Origin: Lama glama
Taxonomy: Eukaryota
NCBI GenBank assembly: GCA_028534125.1
Contig: CM052817.1
Location: forward strand, 23,748,001-23,812,000
Direction: 5' to 3'
Length of the DNA: 64,000 nt
Below are positions 13,451 to 25,906 of the stretch, piece by piece. The notes under the pieces are model-generated. The model saw only the letters and a program-made list of their open reading frames with translations, did no database searches and was not told the DNA's origin. The stretch's first letter is position 1. Each line of letters begins with the position of its first letter. A program made the translations under genes and the position numbers.

Positions 13451-16400
13451 TTGTCTGATTGCTATGTCTAAAGCTTCCAATTCTATGTTAAATACAAGCA
13501 GTGAGAGTTGGCATTCTTGTCTTTTTCTTGAATTTAGTGGAAAGGTTTCAGCTTTTCACCGTTGAGTATTATGATGGTTGTGGGCTTGTGGCCTTTATTA
13601 TGTTAATATGTTTCCTCTATATCCACTCTGATAAGAGTTTTTAACATGAATGAATGTTGAATTTTGTCAAATGTTTTTCTGTGTCTATTGAGGTGATCAT
13701 GTGGTTTTTGTCTTTCCTTGTTAATGTGGTGTAACATATTGATTGATTTTGCATATGTTGAACCATTCTGTGAATCTGGAACAAATCCAACTTGATCATG
13801 CTGTATGATCCTTTATGCATTGTAGGATTCAGTTTGCTAATATATAGTTAAGGATTTTTGCATCTACATTCATTGAAAATATTAGCTTGTAATTTTCCTT
13901 TTTTGAAGTGTCTTTCTTTGGTTTTGGTATCAGGGTTATGATGGCCTCATAGAAAGAATTTGGGAGTATTCCCTTCTCTACAGCTTTTTTGGGGAACAAT
14001 TTGTGAGAGTAATTTGGAATAATTTTGGAATAATTTGAGAAGCATAAGTATTAGTTTGGTGGAATTCCTCTGTGAAGCTGTCCAGTCTTGGACTACTGTT
14101 TGCTGAAAGTTTGTTTTTTTGTTTTAATTCCAGATACAGTTTCACTTGTAGTGTTCAGTCTGTTCAAACTGTCTGTTTCTTCTTGACTCATCTTGGAAGC
14201 TATATGTTTCTAAAAATTTGTTTCTTCTAAGTTGTCCAACTTTTTGGCATATAACTGTTCATGTTTTCTAAAAAATTTTTTTTTGTATTTCTGTGGTATT
14301 GTTTGCTGTTTCTTCTCATTCATTTCTTTTTCTTTTTCTTTTCTTTCTTTTTGTTTGTTTGTTTGTTTGTTTATATGGGCCCGCTCTCTTTTTTTCTTGC
14401 TAACCCTGGCTAAAGGTTTATCAACTTTGTACTTGTTTGAGAAGTTCTTTATTTCTCCTTCTATTCTAGGTAATAATCTTGCTGGCTAGAGTATCCTATG
14501 TTGCAGAAGTTTGAACTTTCTTTCAGAAAGAACTTTTTGAAAGTTCTTTCTGGCTGGCAAAGTTTCTGTAGAGACATTAGCTAATAGCCTTATTGGGATT
14601 CTGTTGTATATGACTATTTTTCTCTTGCTGCCTTTAGAATTCTCTCTTTAAGTTTATATTTGCCATTTTAATTATGACATATCTTGGTGTAGGTCTGTTT
14701 GGGTTCATCTTGTTTGAGACCTACCGTGTTTCCTGTACCTGGGTATCTGTTTTCTTCTTTAGGTTTAGGAAGTTTGGGCAATAATTTCTTCAAATACTTT
14801 TCCAATACCCTTCTCTCTCTCTTCTCCTTCTGGAATCCCTATAATGTGAATGTTGGCACATTTTGTTTTCCCATAGATCTTGTATGTTGCTGTTATATAT
14901 TTTTTCAATTGTCTTTCTATCTGCTGTTGTGACTGGGTGGTTTCTAGTATTCTATCTTCCAAGCCACTTATGTGTTATTCTGTGCCATTTAGTCAGCTAT
15001 TCATTGCTTCTAGTGTGCTTTTTATCTCAGAAATTGAAGAATCTGTTTTTGATTGGGTCTTCTTTATAGTTTCTAAAGTTCCTTTTTAAAATGATCTGTG
15101 CTTAGATCAATTCTCTTTCCTAATTCAGTTCATTGTCTGGTAGACCAATTGTCTCTGTTACATTATTTACTTTTTCAAGGATTTTTTCTCTTGCTCTTTC
15201 AATTGAGAGTAGTTCCTCTGCTTTTTCATTTTACATAACTTTCTCTGGCTCTATGAATTTAGGTGAAACAGTTATCTTTTGTGGTCTTAAAGGGGTGTTT
15301 TTATATGGGAGCTTCTTTATGTAGACTGCATGTACCCAATATCTTTGGTGTGAGGGCTGGATTTGGTATGGACACTAATCACATCTTTCCTCATGGTGTG
15401 CTAGCCACTTTCACTCTGGTAAGTGGTGTGGCTGATGCTGGAGTAGCAAGAGTCTCTGCATGATGTGAGATGGGACTTCCTTTCTGCTCAATGGCATGTA
15501 CCTACCTGTCAGGGACAGATCTACAGATCTACTCCTATGTTGCTGGAGCCAAAACCCTGAGAGTCGGGCTCAAGCTGGCACTGTTTTCATTAAGTATGTG
15601 TTTTTCCTTCTCCCCACACTGGGGCCTTTGCCCCCAAACAGTGGAGTACTGAACTCAGTGGGGCTCATGTGCTTACAGAGGTCCAGCGCACTGTCTATGT
15701 AGGTATCTTCAGATGCAGCCCAAGATTGTGTCTTTTCCCCTGTGTGCTCATCCCAGACCTAGTGCTGTATTGTCACGTGGTGTGAGCAGACCCAGAGCAT
15801 TCACTCAATTGGGAGTGGAGATCACAGTGTGGTGGTTGCTGGAACTGAAGCAGCTGAGCTGCCATCAGAAGTCTAGGCTGCTTCTGGGGAGCTGTTTGAG
15901 TAAGTTCCAGCAATGGCTGCCACTGCCCCACCCGGCCCACTCCTCAGACCCCGGGTTTCCTTCACATCCCTAAATCATGTATTTTCCTGAGTTCTGGCTG
16001 ACTTAGATCCAGTGCCACAGTGTGGTGTGGAGTGAGCGTGGCTGGGGTGTTTTCTTAGCTCAGCTGGGGGGCACAGTGCTGCAGCAGCTGCTAAGGGAGA
16101 CCTCTTTTGGTCCTGACTGGTAGTTCATCAGCACTCGTGCACTCCTCACCAGTGGAGTCTAGGCTACTCCAGCCTTTCTGTCTGTCCTGTTGGTTCTCTG
16201 AGCAGCCAAGGGGACTTGTCTCCTCTGTGTAGGTCCCTAGGAGTGGGACACCCAGTCTGTGGCTCAACCTGCTCACTCTCCAGGGTGTGTGCCCACCAGT
16301 GCAATATCCTTTTTCCTCTTAGTCTGTTCCCAGGGGCTCAGGTTCCGACCCAATGCTTTTCTTCCCATCTGGCTTGATTCATGGGCATCTGTTACAGTCT

Positions 16401-16530
16401 CAGTAGTATAGTTCTTTTATCAGTTTCCAGTTAGTTTTCCATGAGAATTGTTTCACATTTAGATGTATTTTTATTGTATTTCTGACAGGAGGTGAGTTCC
16501 ACATCCTCTTACTCTGCTATCTTTTCACCC
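11765..16530 (-). mobile_element. L1 LINE lacking the endonuclease region and the ORF1 3' end; inserted within the ERV
   Basis: T-rich tail near 11765-11805 and antisense ORF2 from about 11850 to 14430. It jumps to ORF1 (NIHIIGIPEGEEREKGIGKVFEEII) at about 14435. The 5'UTR ends in ...ctgctatcttttcaccc at 16530. Confidence 0.92.
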
Positions 16531-16534
16531 TAGT

Positions 16535-17165
16535 ACAAGTACACTATTGATATTAAAGTTTATTTTTCCTTAAGCCAATTAAATAGAGCTCTTTTACAAA
16601 TTAATTTTGAAAATACCATCTGAAAGTATACCAATGTCACATATATGTAACATTTATAGACACACACAAACATACAGACACAGAGAACCTATAGATTTCA
16701 TTTTAAAATTTTAGCCATGAATTGGGCACAGCAATATAAAACTAACTCGTTTATAAACAACAGTTGAATCCAGACTGTGTATGGCATATATAACGAGTTA
16801 AGGTTCCCTGCTCACATAGCTAAAGCTTTTTACTAATATCTGTGGAAAAGATAATTTTAAGATTTGTATTTGCCTTTGATGTGTAATCTTATGGAAGCTG
16901 TGGATGATACTTTGGACAAGGAAACTTCTATAGCAGTTTATATTTTAGAAAGACTCTTCCTCTTTCACTCTCTTTTTTTTTATATATAGTCTCAAGCAAA
17001 GATGGGCAGTGTTTTAGATATCTCCTGGGGTATTTGTATTTCAAAGACATAGTAAGATTTATATCTTCAAGGGACAGAGAAAGAGTGTAAGTTTTTTCCT
17101 AGGAGTTTAGTGTATATTTGTTTATTATCAGAGGTGTAGGGTAATTACTATTTAAATTGTTCTTT
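16535..17165. mobile_element. AT-rich ERV1 (MER4-group-like) internal fragment
   Basis: ttaagccaattaaatagagctcttttacaaatt and tttcattttaaaattttagccatga resemble non-coding ERV1 internal sequence as I recall it. Confidence 0.45.
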
Positions 17166-17169
17166 TGTA

Positions 17170-17747
17170 TTAGTGATTAGACAGAATGGGGTACTTCACC
17201 TGTTTCACTGTCTGTCACTCCAACATCCTCCCCTTACTCTCCTCACTTTCCCAGGGAATTCATCTCTTAGTACGTCAATAAGTCTTTGTCAAAAGTGATT
17301 GGACCTTAAATTTGGCAGTTTGTGTCCTTCTGCATTTGCAAAGTGGCATGCCAGGATCTCCAACCTGTTATCCTACTCTCCTGCCTTGTCTGCCAGCCCC
17401 AAAGCTAGCAGAGTAGTGGACGCCTGCATATGCTTCTTTAATCTCAGCCCTTATTTCAACTTTCTAACTCAAGCTTCAGCCTCTAATTGGGCATCAGTGT
17501 CCAGCAGACCTGCCCACAGTAGAGACCCACCCACTGCACAGCCATTTGTCTCCTTTCTTTGCCACAGTGCACTCTGCACACTTTCTCAAGCAGTGCATCA
17601 GACCAGCCTGCATTTGAGAGCATCCTCATACTCAGTGGTCCATAAGCATCTAACATATGCCTACCCCTCCCCACATAAAGGTCAATGGCCAGTTAGGATT
17701 TCCCAATGGATACCTCTTTTCCAAGACCCTTTATTTTTTTTTTCTTT
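17170..17747 (-). mobile_element. ERV leader and gag-like remnant, probably the same element as 10560-11752
   Basis: Directly follows the PBS. The minus strand gives the coiled-coil-like LEAEA*VRKLK*GLRLKKHMQASTTLLALGLADKAGE*DNRLEILACHF. Confidence 0.55.
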
Positions 17748-17765
17748 CTGCTGAATGGCTCACCA
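17748..17765 (-). other. Retroviral primer-binding site, tRNA-Arg(ACG)-like
   Basis: Minus strand TGGTGAGCCATTCAGCAG versus the recalled PBS-Arg TGGCGAGCCAGCCAGGAG (14/18 identical), immediately adjacent to the LTR end. Confidence 0.7.
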
Positions 17766-17766
17766 A

Positions 17767-18200
17767 TTTCTGGTTCACAACCCCCATAGTTCCCTGGGTG
17801 AAATCTGAAAGTGCCCTGCCACCCCCACACACGGAAGGCAAGGAGAGACCAAAGAAAGAGGCAGGCCACTCCAGATTGGTAGTGGACAAGCTTAATAAGC
17901 TAGGAAACTTCCATGCAAGGCTTATCTTGTGCTGCCAAAAGAAGAGTAGGTTACTGTACTCACCCACCAGGATCTTAGTTTATAGAGAAGCCTTAACTGT
18001 ATTCAGTCATGTATGCTGTGCAGATAGTCTCAACAACACATGCTCTCTCAAGTCAGCATCCTTGAACATGGTGCTCACAGTAGGAATGGTGGGCAGAACA
18101 TATACTCCAAAGATAGTGGAGGGGATGAGGAGCCTCTGATGGTCCGGGTCCAGCTTATGGGTCAACAGGCAGTCATTTCCTCTTGATGTCCTCCTCCAGT
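17767..18200 (-). mobile_element. 5' LTR of the fragmented ERV
   Basis: About 430 bp on the minus strand. It has a TATA-like ctataaa near 17980 and a poly(A)-signal-like cttattaag near 17891, and ends ...gggggttgtgaaccagaa next to the PBS. Confidence 0.7.
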
Positions 18201-19243
18201 GTTATTGGGTGACAATAATAATGCAGAGACAGTCTTCATCACCTGGCTTCCTGATCTAAGGTCCAGGCCACATTAAAAACGACTGCCACAGGTATCAAAT
18301 AAGAGGCTGCCTTTACTTGTGATTAGGCCATTTTCTTGAAGAGTAGCTGATTGCTACAGAGTTCTTGCAATTGTTTTAAGTAAGTCTCCATTTCAGAATT
18401 CATGCATTCATCTAATGCAAAATACATTGCTTGAAGATTAAATCTTAAAATTTCAAAGCTTTGTCTTTGCCTTATAGATTGTTATTCAGCTCTAAATAAA
18501 ATGAGATAGAATGTGTGAAACTATGTAATGCCTAACCTATTATACATTGGGAGCTCCAGAAATGTCCATTAATGAGAATTGAAAGGAAAAGGAAAGCTCT
18601 TTTCAATGTTAAAAAAAAAAAAGCTACAAGAGTCAATGAACATGACATATAATGCTTGATATTTCATTTGAGTGCAGACAGATATCTGAATAAAATATCT
18701 TGCCTGATTATAGAGTTTATCTTAGAAACTTTTTCATAGTAACATTGCTCTTCTTAGAATTAATTATGCACAATTAAAACAAAGTTAATGGAGAGGAGAA
18801 TTTTTAGATTATATTTGAAACTTTAAGTTAGTTAGTTATTCATTTATTTATTTAGCACAGACTAATTCAGTGTGTACTTTACGAAAGCTTTAGAGGAAAT
18901 GACCTGAGACTTATTGTCCATGCCTGGAAAGGAATCTCTTACACTCTGTTCTGTAGGTGGACAGAAGTGCTAGGTCTTAGATGTCTCTTTCCTGTAGCTT
19001 TTACTGCAGCAATGTAATCATTCAATGGCTTTGTGTCATGAACACACATGACTGTATTCACACAGATTCTGACACAGAGTATCTGCCACCAGACTCCAGA
19101 GTTGTGCTCCAGTCAGAAAGACTCGGGTCTGCTAATCTCTGTCAGATGTTTTTACTTTTAGAGTTAGCCGATTAGTGTGAAATTTGTGTGAAGGTAACTT
19201 TGCGGTAGTTCTTTGGAATACCCTCACAAAACGAGAGCATTTC

Positions 19244-19873
19244 TGCTGGAGCAGGCAGATGGCTAGGTATGAGCAGAGAAAGGGGCATGGGTCAAATGGC
19301 AGGAATTGGGCAAAACAAGGAGGGGCACAGGCCAAATGCAGGAAGCCATACATTCTGTAAATAATGAGGGTCCTTGAGCAGACAAGAGAAAAGCAGGAAC
19401 CTCAGGACTGATAAGAGACCACACATTTTGGGGTGACAAGTGGCCTGGAGGCAAATAAAGGTGAAAAAAGCCAGGAATTTGCAGTGTCCACGTGTAACCT
19501 TCTCATTATGCCCTCATGACAATAAAATTAGCCTTGCAGATTAGAAGTACCCATCATGCACCAACCCTATGACACTTCTGACCCCGACTAAATAAGGACG
19601 AAAATCCTTCCTCTGCTCAGGAAGGTGGAGCTGGGATGAAAATCAGGGAATATAACCCAAACTCTTTCCTCCCCAATGAATATTCCGCCCATTCATTTTT
19701 ACACTTTAGTAACCAACTTGCCAAAGAAACTACAGAGCTGCTCACCTGAGCCTCCCGGCTCTCCCCTTGAGAGTGTACTATCCATCCCTTGATAAATCCT
19801 CACTTTACTTCCTTAACCTCCGTGCCTCATCTCGTCTTTCTGTGATGAGATAAGAACCTACTCACTGGCAACA
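19244..19873 (+). mobile_element. Solo LTR (630 bp), ERV1-like, with a 4-bp TSD
   Basis: Termini TGCTGGAG...GGCAACA flanked by TTTC (19240-19243 and 19874-19877). A poly(A)-like gataaa lies near 19791, followed by a U5-like tctttctgtgatgagataagaacc. Confidence 0.8.
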
Positions 19874-21871
19874 TTTCCAGCTGAAGCACATAAACCTAAA
19901 ACAACACATTCCAGTGCAAAATCTTGTCTCTAAGGATGGACTGAATTTGTTTGTGATACTCTCTCATCTTAGAATTCTCTCTTCATTCTAATCAAAGACA
20001 CTGCTCCATGAGCACTTACAGGTGTTTCAGGAAACTTAAATTTTATTGGAGGCATTATTTAAACTCTGTTTCTCCCCTATATTTTTCTTTAGAAGATCAC
20101 AAAAAGGTGGTTCTTTATGTACTTCCTTACTGAAGTGAAATTTAGAAAATACCATACATTAGGGCATAACTGAAATATGGTTATTTTCACTCAACTGCAT
20201 ACTAGACCTCCTACACTTGATTGTCCAAATCTTCTAGCAACTTATTTTTGTCTTCCAATTAAATGCGTTTATGTTTTTTGTCCCATAATACTCCATCCCT
20301 CTGCTATGGGAAGAACAAGTCTTTGTCCAATTCTTCCTGATTTTCTTATTTTCCACTCAAAAGAGACTTCCAAAAGTTTATAATTTATGTTAGTAAAATT
20401 TTATGAAGTATAATATTAAGTATCAAATGACTTTAAAAATTCTGTTTTAAAATGGCAGAGATTTGTCTTCATTATCTCCAGATTTAAAAAGTCTTGCTCC
20501 CAAGAAGATTTCATACTATCATTAGTTAACATCTCAAGACATGAAGATTCCTTTAGGGCTAAGCCGATCATTAATGGTAGTAGATATAATTTCTAATAGT
20601 CTTCTTCCTGATAACTACAGCGTTAGGTGACTTTTGGTCAGATCACGTTAGAGCATTATCCTTATTGCATAATGAGGCTTTGAAGTGCTCCAGTTTTGTG
20701 GTCAGGAAGGTAAGTTGGTTTTGTCATTTTCTCTGATGTTCACATTATTAGTGTTACTTTCATTTCACAGATCATTTTTCCTTTTACTTTTGTTTCTTTG
20801 TTTCTTGCCTGCTTTTTTAGAAATCTTTTAAACCAAGTGTACTTTTCCAGGAGTTAGTTGAAATTAATAAATATTTATAAATCCACCTCCACGGTCGAGT
20901 ATGATTTACAACGTAAGACAATGAGCATAGCTGCTAACTCTTTCACATCACAAATCACTCTTTCTTAAGGAAATTAAGTCACATGTGATATGTGATGAAG
21001 ACCAAGTGAGCATATCCTGGTCAATCTATATGTTAAATATAAATAGTTTTTTTTTTAATAAAATTAAATTTAGATAGTAGTTTTCATGTGCTCTTTTGAC
21101 ACCTTCAATGAACCTAACCATTTTCTGGACTATTACCTAGTACTTCCTATTAGAACAGTTCATATCTAAAAAATAGGGCATGTTAAATTTATGAACTATG
21201 ATTTTTTTAAAAAAAGTTAAATGTTGAGCATCCAAGTAGAGTCATTAAACTCTTAAATAGAAATAACAAACAATAAAATTTGACATTTATTAGGAAATAT
21301 ATACATTTCAGTAATGTGGTAATTTGAATATGAATGTAAAAATAAAATTGCCAGGAAATACAAACATTAATAGCTTTTAATTGGAACACAGTGGAAAGGA
21401 AGTAGGAATGAAAGAAGCAGATTATTGAACTTACTCATAAAGAGCAAACACTAATTTATTCTAAGTTGTTAGTGTTAATATAGTCTGCAGCAATGGACAA
21501 ATCAATGTTTATTGAGTTCTAAAAGAAACACATGCAGGAAACAGCTTTGGCTGTTATGAACAGTGGGTACATATGAAAAGGCAGAATTGAAATTAAATAC
21601 AATTTAATTCAGTCCCAGATACTTTTATTAACATCAAAAATCCTAGATAAAGTGAATAAATTATATATGCCCTTTATGATGCATTCTGCCAACACTTTAT
21701 TAGGGAAACATTTGAACATGCAGCAAAGTCGAAAATACTTTTTAGTGAACCCCCTAAAATCTACCACTTAGATTCTACCTTTTCCATTTACTACACTTGC
21801 TCAACCGTAATATGTATTCTTCTCTATTCATCCATGAATTCATCTTATTTCCTACTCATTTAAAGAATGTT

Positions 21872-21968
21872 GTGGGGGATGATATAGCTCAGTGGTAGAG
21901 TGTGTACTTAGCATGCACAAGGTCCTGGGTTCAACCCCAGTACCTCCATTAAAAAATAAATAAGCAAA
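21872..21968 (+). mobile_element. tRNA(Ala)-derived SINE (Vic-1-like, camelid)
   Basis: A-box tagctcagtgg, B-box ggttcaacccc and an A-rich tail. Perfect TSD TAAAGAATGTT at 21861-21871 and 21969-21979. Confidence 0.9.
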
Positions 21969-22009
21969 TAAAGAATGTTTCAAACATCTCAACAACTTCC
22001 TCAAATGCT

Positions 22010-22207
22010 TTAGCATGCATTTTTATATAACATTTACATAAAGTGAAACACACATATTTTAAGCATACCTTCCCTGAGTTTTGATAGATGCATAAATCTG
22101 TGTAGCCCAAACCTCTGTCAAGAAGAGAGAACATTACAATCCATCCACTCTAGAAAGTTACCTCATTATCATCCCAGTCAATCTCTGTCCCCACCCAACA
22201 CAACTAC
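22010..22207 (-). mobile_element. Old L1 (L1MC/ME-like) 3' end fragment
   Basis: Antisense L1 3'UTR pattern: catttacataaagtgaaacacacatattttaag ... ctagaaagttacctcat ... cagtcaatc. Confidence 0.6.
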
Positions 22208-22980
22208 TGTAATATGATGATTTATAGTAACTTTAGATTTGAACATTTTCCCCATTTCTGGCACAGAATTTCTAAAACCCTTGGAAATTTCTGTGATGAA
22301 GAAATAAACGTATTTTTTTGTTATGTGAATGAGGTGGCTTTCAGACTGCATGGAAGGATTGGAGACAGCCCTGTGCTTAAAGGGTTGGAACTTTCAGTCC
22401 CACACCCTGACCTCTGGGGAGGGGAGAGAGACTGGAGATTGAGTTCAGCTCCCAATAGCCAATGATGTAATCAGTTGTACTTATGTAATGAAGCCTCCAT
22501 AAAAACCACAAAGGAGAGCTTCCAGGTTGGTGAACATGTGCAGATCTGGGGTGAGTAATGCTCCCAGAGAGAGGGAAACTCTGCTCCCTTTCCACATTTA
22601 TCTCTTTCGTCTGTTTGAGTTATAACAAACCTCTTACAATAACCTAATCTACTAAGTAAGTAATCCAAATTACTAGTGATTTAGTGAGTAAAATATTTCT
22701 GAGCTCTGTGAGGGGCTCTAGAAAATTAATAGAACCCAGGGAAGGAGGTCATTCAAACTTCTAATCTTTAGCCGGTGGGTCAGAAGCACTGATGATAACC
22801 TGGTCTTGCGACTGGCATAGGGAGTGGGGAGCAGTCTTCTGGGACTGAGCCCTCAACCTGTGGGATCTGAAGTGATCTTTGGCTAAACATAGTGTCAGAA
22901 TTGAATGGAATTGCAGGACAACCAGGTGGTGTTAGAGAATCTTCTATTGGTGTGGAGGAAAGCCTTCCACACACACGCTG
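22208..22980 (+). mobile_element. MER21-like LTR (ERVL class)
   Basis: Starts tgtaatatgatgatttata. Contains ctggcacagaatttctaaaacccttgg, agggttggaactttcagtcccac, aatgaagcctccataaaaacc and gggactgagccctcaacctgtgggatctga. Confidence 0.8.
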
Positions 22981-25279
22981 AAAATTAGTCCTCCGTGCCC
23001 ATTTAACTTAATGACGTTTTCCCACTACAGTGCTGTATGTTTCTAAAAGCGATCCACCAATTTAAAAGAAATTACCATACGTTCAACTAACTGCGCTTCC
23101 ATTTTCTAAAGACATTAACAATAATGTCTCTCTCATTAAAAGACAAATATTTCAAATTCTACTTGTAGAATACTTAATGCACCTTTCAAATGGTTCAGTA
23201 AAACTTGAAGAGTATTTAAACATAATTTATGTAAAGGGGGAGGCTGGGTTTACTTGGAGATTAAGCGGAGCATTAGGCAACTTCCATCAAATCTCAGAGA
23301 GCTGGCAAGTAAGCACTGTCGATGAACCTTGGTTCCATTTCTTATTCTTCACCTAGTTGATTGTCTTACAAATTTAGATCCAATTACAGAATTGCTAACT
23401 AGCTCAATACCAACCATAAAGTGGGTACGAAATAAATTGTTGTTAAGTGGAATAAAAGAGTGAATGAAAACAGAATGAAGAAGGAGGAAACTAATGTTTG
23501 CTAAGTATTTGGGAATGTGACTAGCAAAACGCTGTATGTTTTAAATAGATTATCTTGTGTTAAAACAATTCTGCAAGTTAGGTATACTTTGCTAATGCCT
23601 TGTACATCATAAATGCTCACTACATCACTGTAATTGCTAACATGCATCACTCCTGTTAAAATGCGCCAGCTCTAATGGACTTAGGGGTTTCAATCCCCAG
23701 AAACATCACAGCAGCAGTTGGATTACTCACCTGCAATAGGCTTAAAACTGACCTTTTTTATATCCCCCAATTCTCTTTGGACCAGAAGGAGTAGCTCAGG
23801 AAATTTTTTATGAATATAAACCATTGACATTTGATAATCAGTTATTTCTCTATTATTCTGAAAACTGGAAAAATTAGCAACTTTATTTCAGGGTCAGATT
23901 TTTTCTATTATAGTTGGCAAGTGAAAAAAGCTACAGGATTTCTGATAAGTGGGACATTTAAATTTTAAGTACTCCATATGACAAGCAATTACATTTTAAT
24001 CTATTTCAGAAGTGCAGTATGAATTTATAAGGGTATATATCTTCAAAAACCAAGCTGGGAAATGAATTTTAATCGAAATTGAGGGAGACCAGATCTAGAC
24101 TTCCAGTATAAAATGTTTATATAGAACAAATGGAAGAGCCTTTACCAATTTTCCATTTAAATACCATTAACAAAGGAAGGAAAAAAGCAAACAGAAAGGA
24201 AAAATAAACGAATGAATAGGCAAGAATATAACTAAACCAAAAACCAAAACTAAACCATTACCACAAACTGCCAGATAAACATTTATCAAAATCTGGAAAT
24301 AATTTTCACTAAGTAGAAGGCTGATGACCGCTCTTACCCCTGTAGTCATCCAAGAAATATTTATTAAGCACTTTGTCCTGCAGCATAATAGGAAATCCTC
24401 TAAGGGGCCACAGGCTGTTTATAGGACATTCTATAATGATGGTTGATTACAGATGAGGACAGGAGTTAGTTTTGCATTAGTAATTTAAAATGTATATTGC
24501 CAGAAATTTAGTGTTGAAGTTTAATGACTTTAACTGATTGGCAGTTTATATCTTTTAAAATATGCAATAACTACTGATGTTGATTTTGTCACTTAAACAG
24601 TCAACTGATAGAAATGATTGAAATGTTTCAAGTATTTGAATTGCATTAATTATATAAGAGCATGTTCAAAATATTTAAAAAGTGAATGAGTCCCTCTGTA
24701 GACATGAGCACATCTGCCACTAAATTAGGTTTATTATTCCACTAAAATCCTCTAAAGAAGCCTCAATTCTGGTAATTTTGTAAGATGATTATAAAATCTT
24801 AGATAAGATCTGATTTATCTGAAATGAATGTATAGCATCCTTTGTCTATGTGCAACACTATTCTTCATGACAGGGAGTAAAAGAGAAGGTCATTATGTTT
24901 TGCAAAATCATATTCATAATAACCGTCATATCTCTAGAAATTTGATCTAGCATGTCAAAGTGTAATTTCTAATTTGTTCTAAAATATTAGTTAGCTGTCT
25001 AATTTCCTTACTCAACTGGGTAACTTCATACAGTTGAAGACTACTGATTAAACCATTCTATTTCATTTACTTGTATAAAGTAATTTCACAATTTTATTTT
25101 ATGGAGAGACAAGAATTGGTGTGTAGTTAGAATAATGCATAAGAATACACAAGCCAGACAAATTCCTTGGAAGCAAAGGCTAGTTCATCTGCCAAAGAAG
25201 AAATATATCTCACTAAAGGATTTCTAGTCTTCTTAAGTAATTGAGCAGTTGGGCAGAAAGTGGTTAAGAAATATTAGGA

Positions 25280-25906
25280 CTTTTATGTCTGTGAGACTGT
25301 TTGTGTTTTGTAAATAAGTTTTTTTTTATTATTTTTTTTAGATTCCACATATAAGGGATATCATATGGTATTTTTCTTTCTCTTTCTGACTGATTTCACT
25401 TAGACGACATTCTCCAGGTCCATCTACATTGAGGCAAATGGCATTATTTTATTCTTTTTATGGCTGAGTGATATTCCATTGTATAAATATACCACAAATT
25501 CTTTATCCAGTCATCTGGTGATGGACATTTAGGTTATTTCCATGTCTTGGCTGTTGTAAATAGTGCTGCTATGAACATTGGGGTTCATGTATCTTTTTGA
25601 ATTAAGGTTCCCTCTGGATATTTGCCTAGATTCTAGTTACTAGAGGGGAAGCAGGTGGGAAGGGATAAAAAGGGAGTTTGAGATTTTCAGATACTAACTA
25701 ATATATATAAAATAGATAAACAATAAGTTCATACTGTATAGCACAGGGAACTATATTCAGTATCTTGTACTAATTTACGGTGAAAAGACTATGAAAACAA
25801 ATATATGTATGTTCATGTATGACTGGAGCGTTATGTTGTACCACCAGAAATTGACACAACATTTAAACTGACTCTATGCTTCAAGAAAAATATGCATATA
25901 TGAAAG
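25280..25906. mobile_element. 5'-truncated, 5'-inverted (twin-primed) L1 with a 14-bp TSD
   Basis: An antisense L1 segment (25280 to about 25630) is joined to a sense 3' segment (about 25634-25906). TSD AAGAAATATTAGGA at 25266-25279 and 25907-25920. Confidence 0.9.

Noticed and set aside
17299..18139. Longest plus-strand ORFs in this region (151 and 160 aa)
   Set aside because: They are antisense to ERV gag/LTR sequence, have non-ATG or weak starts, and show no recognisable protein features.
21872..21948. tRNA-Ala genes (also at 32508, 34350 and 40685-40869)
   Set aside because: They have A-rich tails, TSDs and disrupted stems, so they are SINEs rather than tRNA genes.
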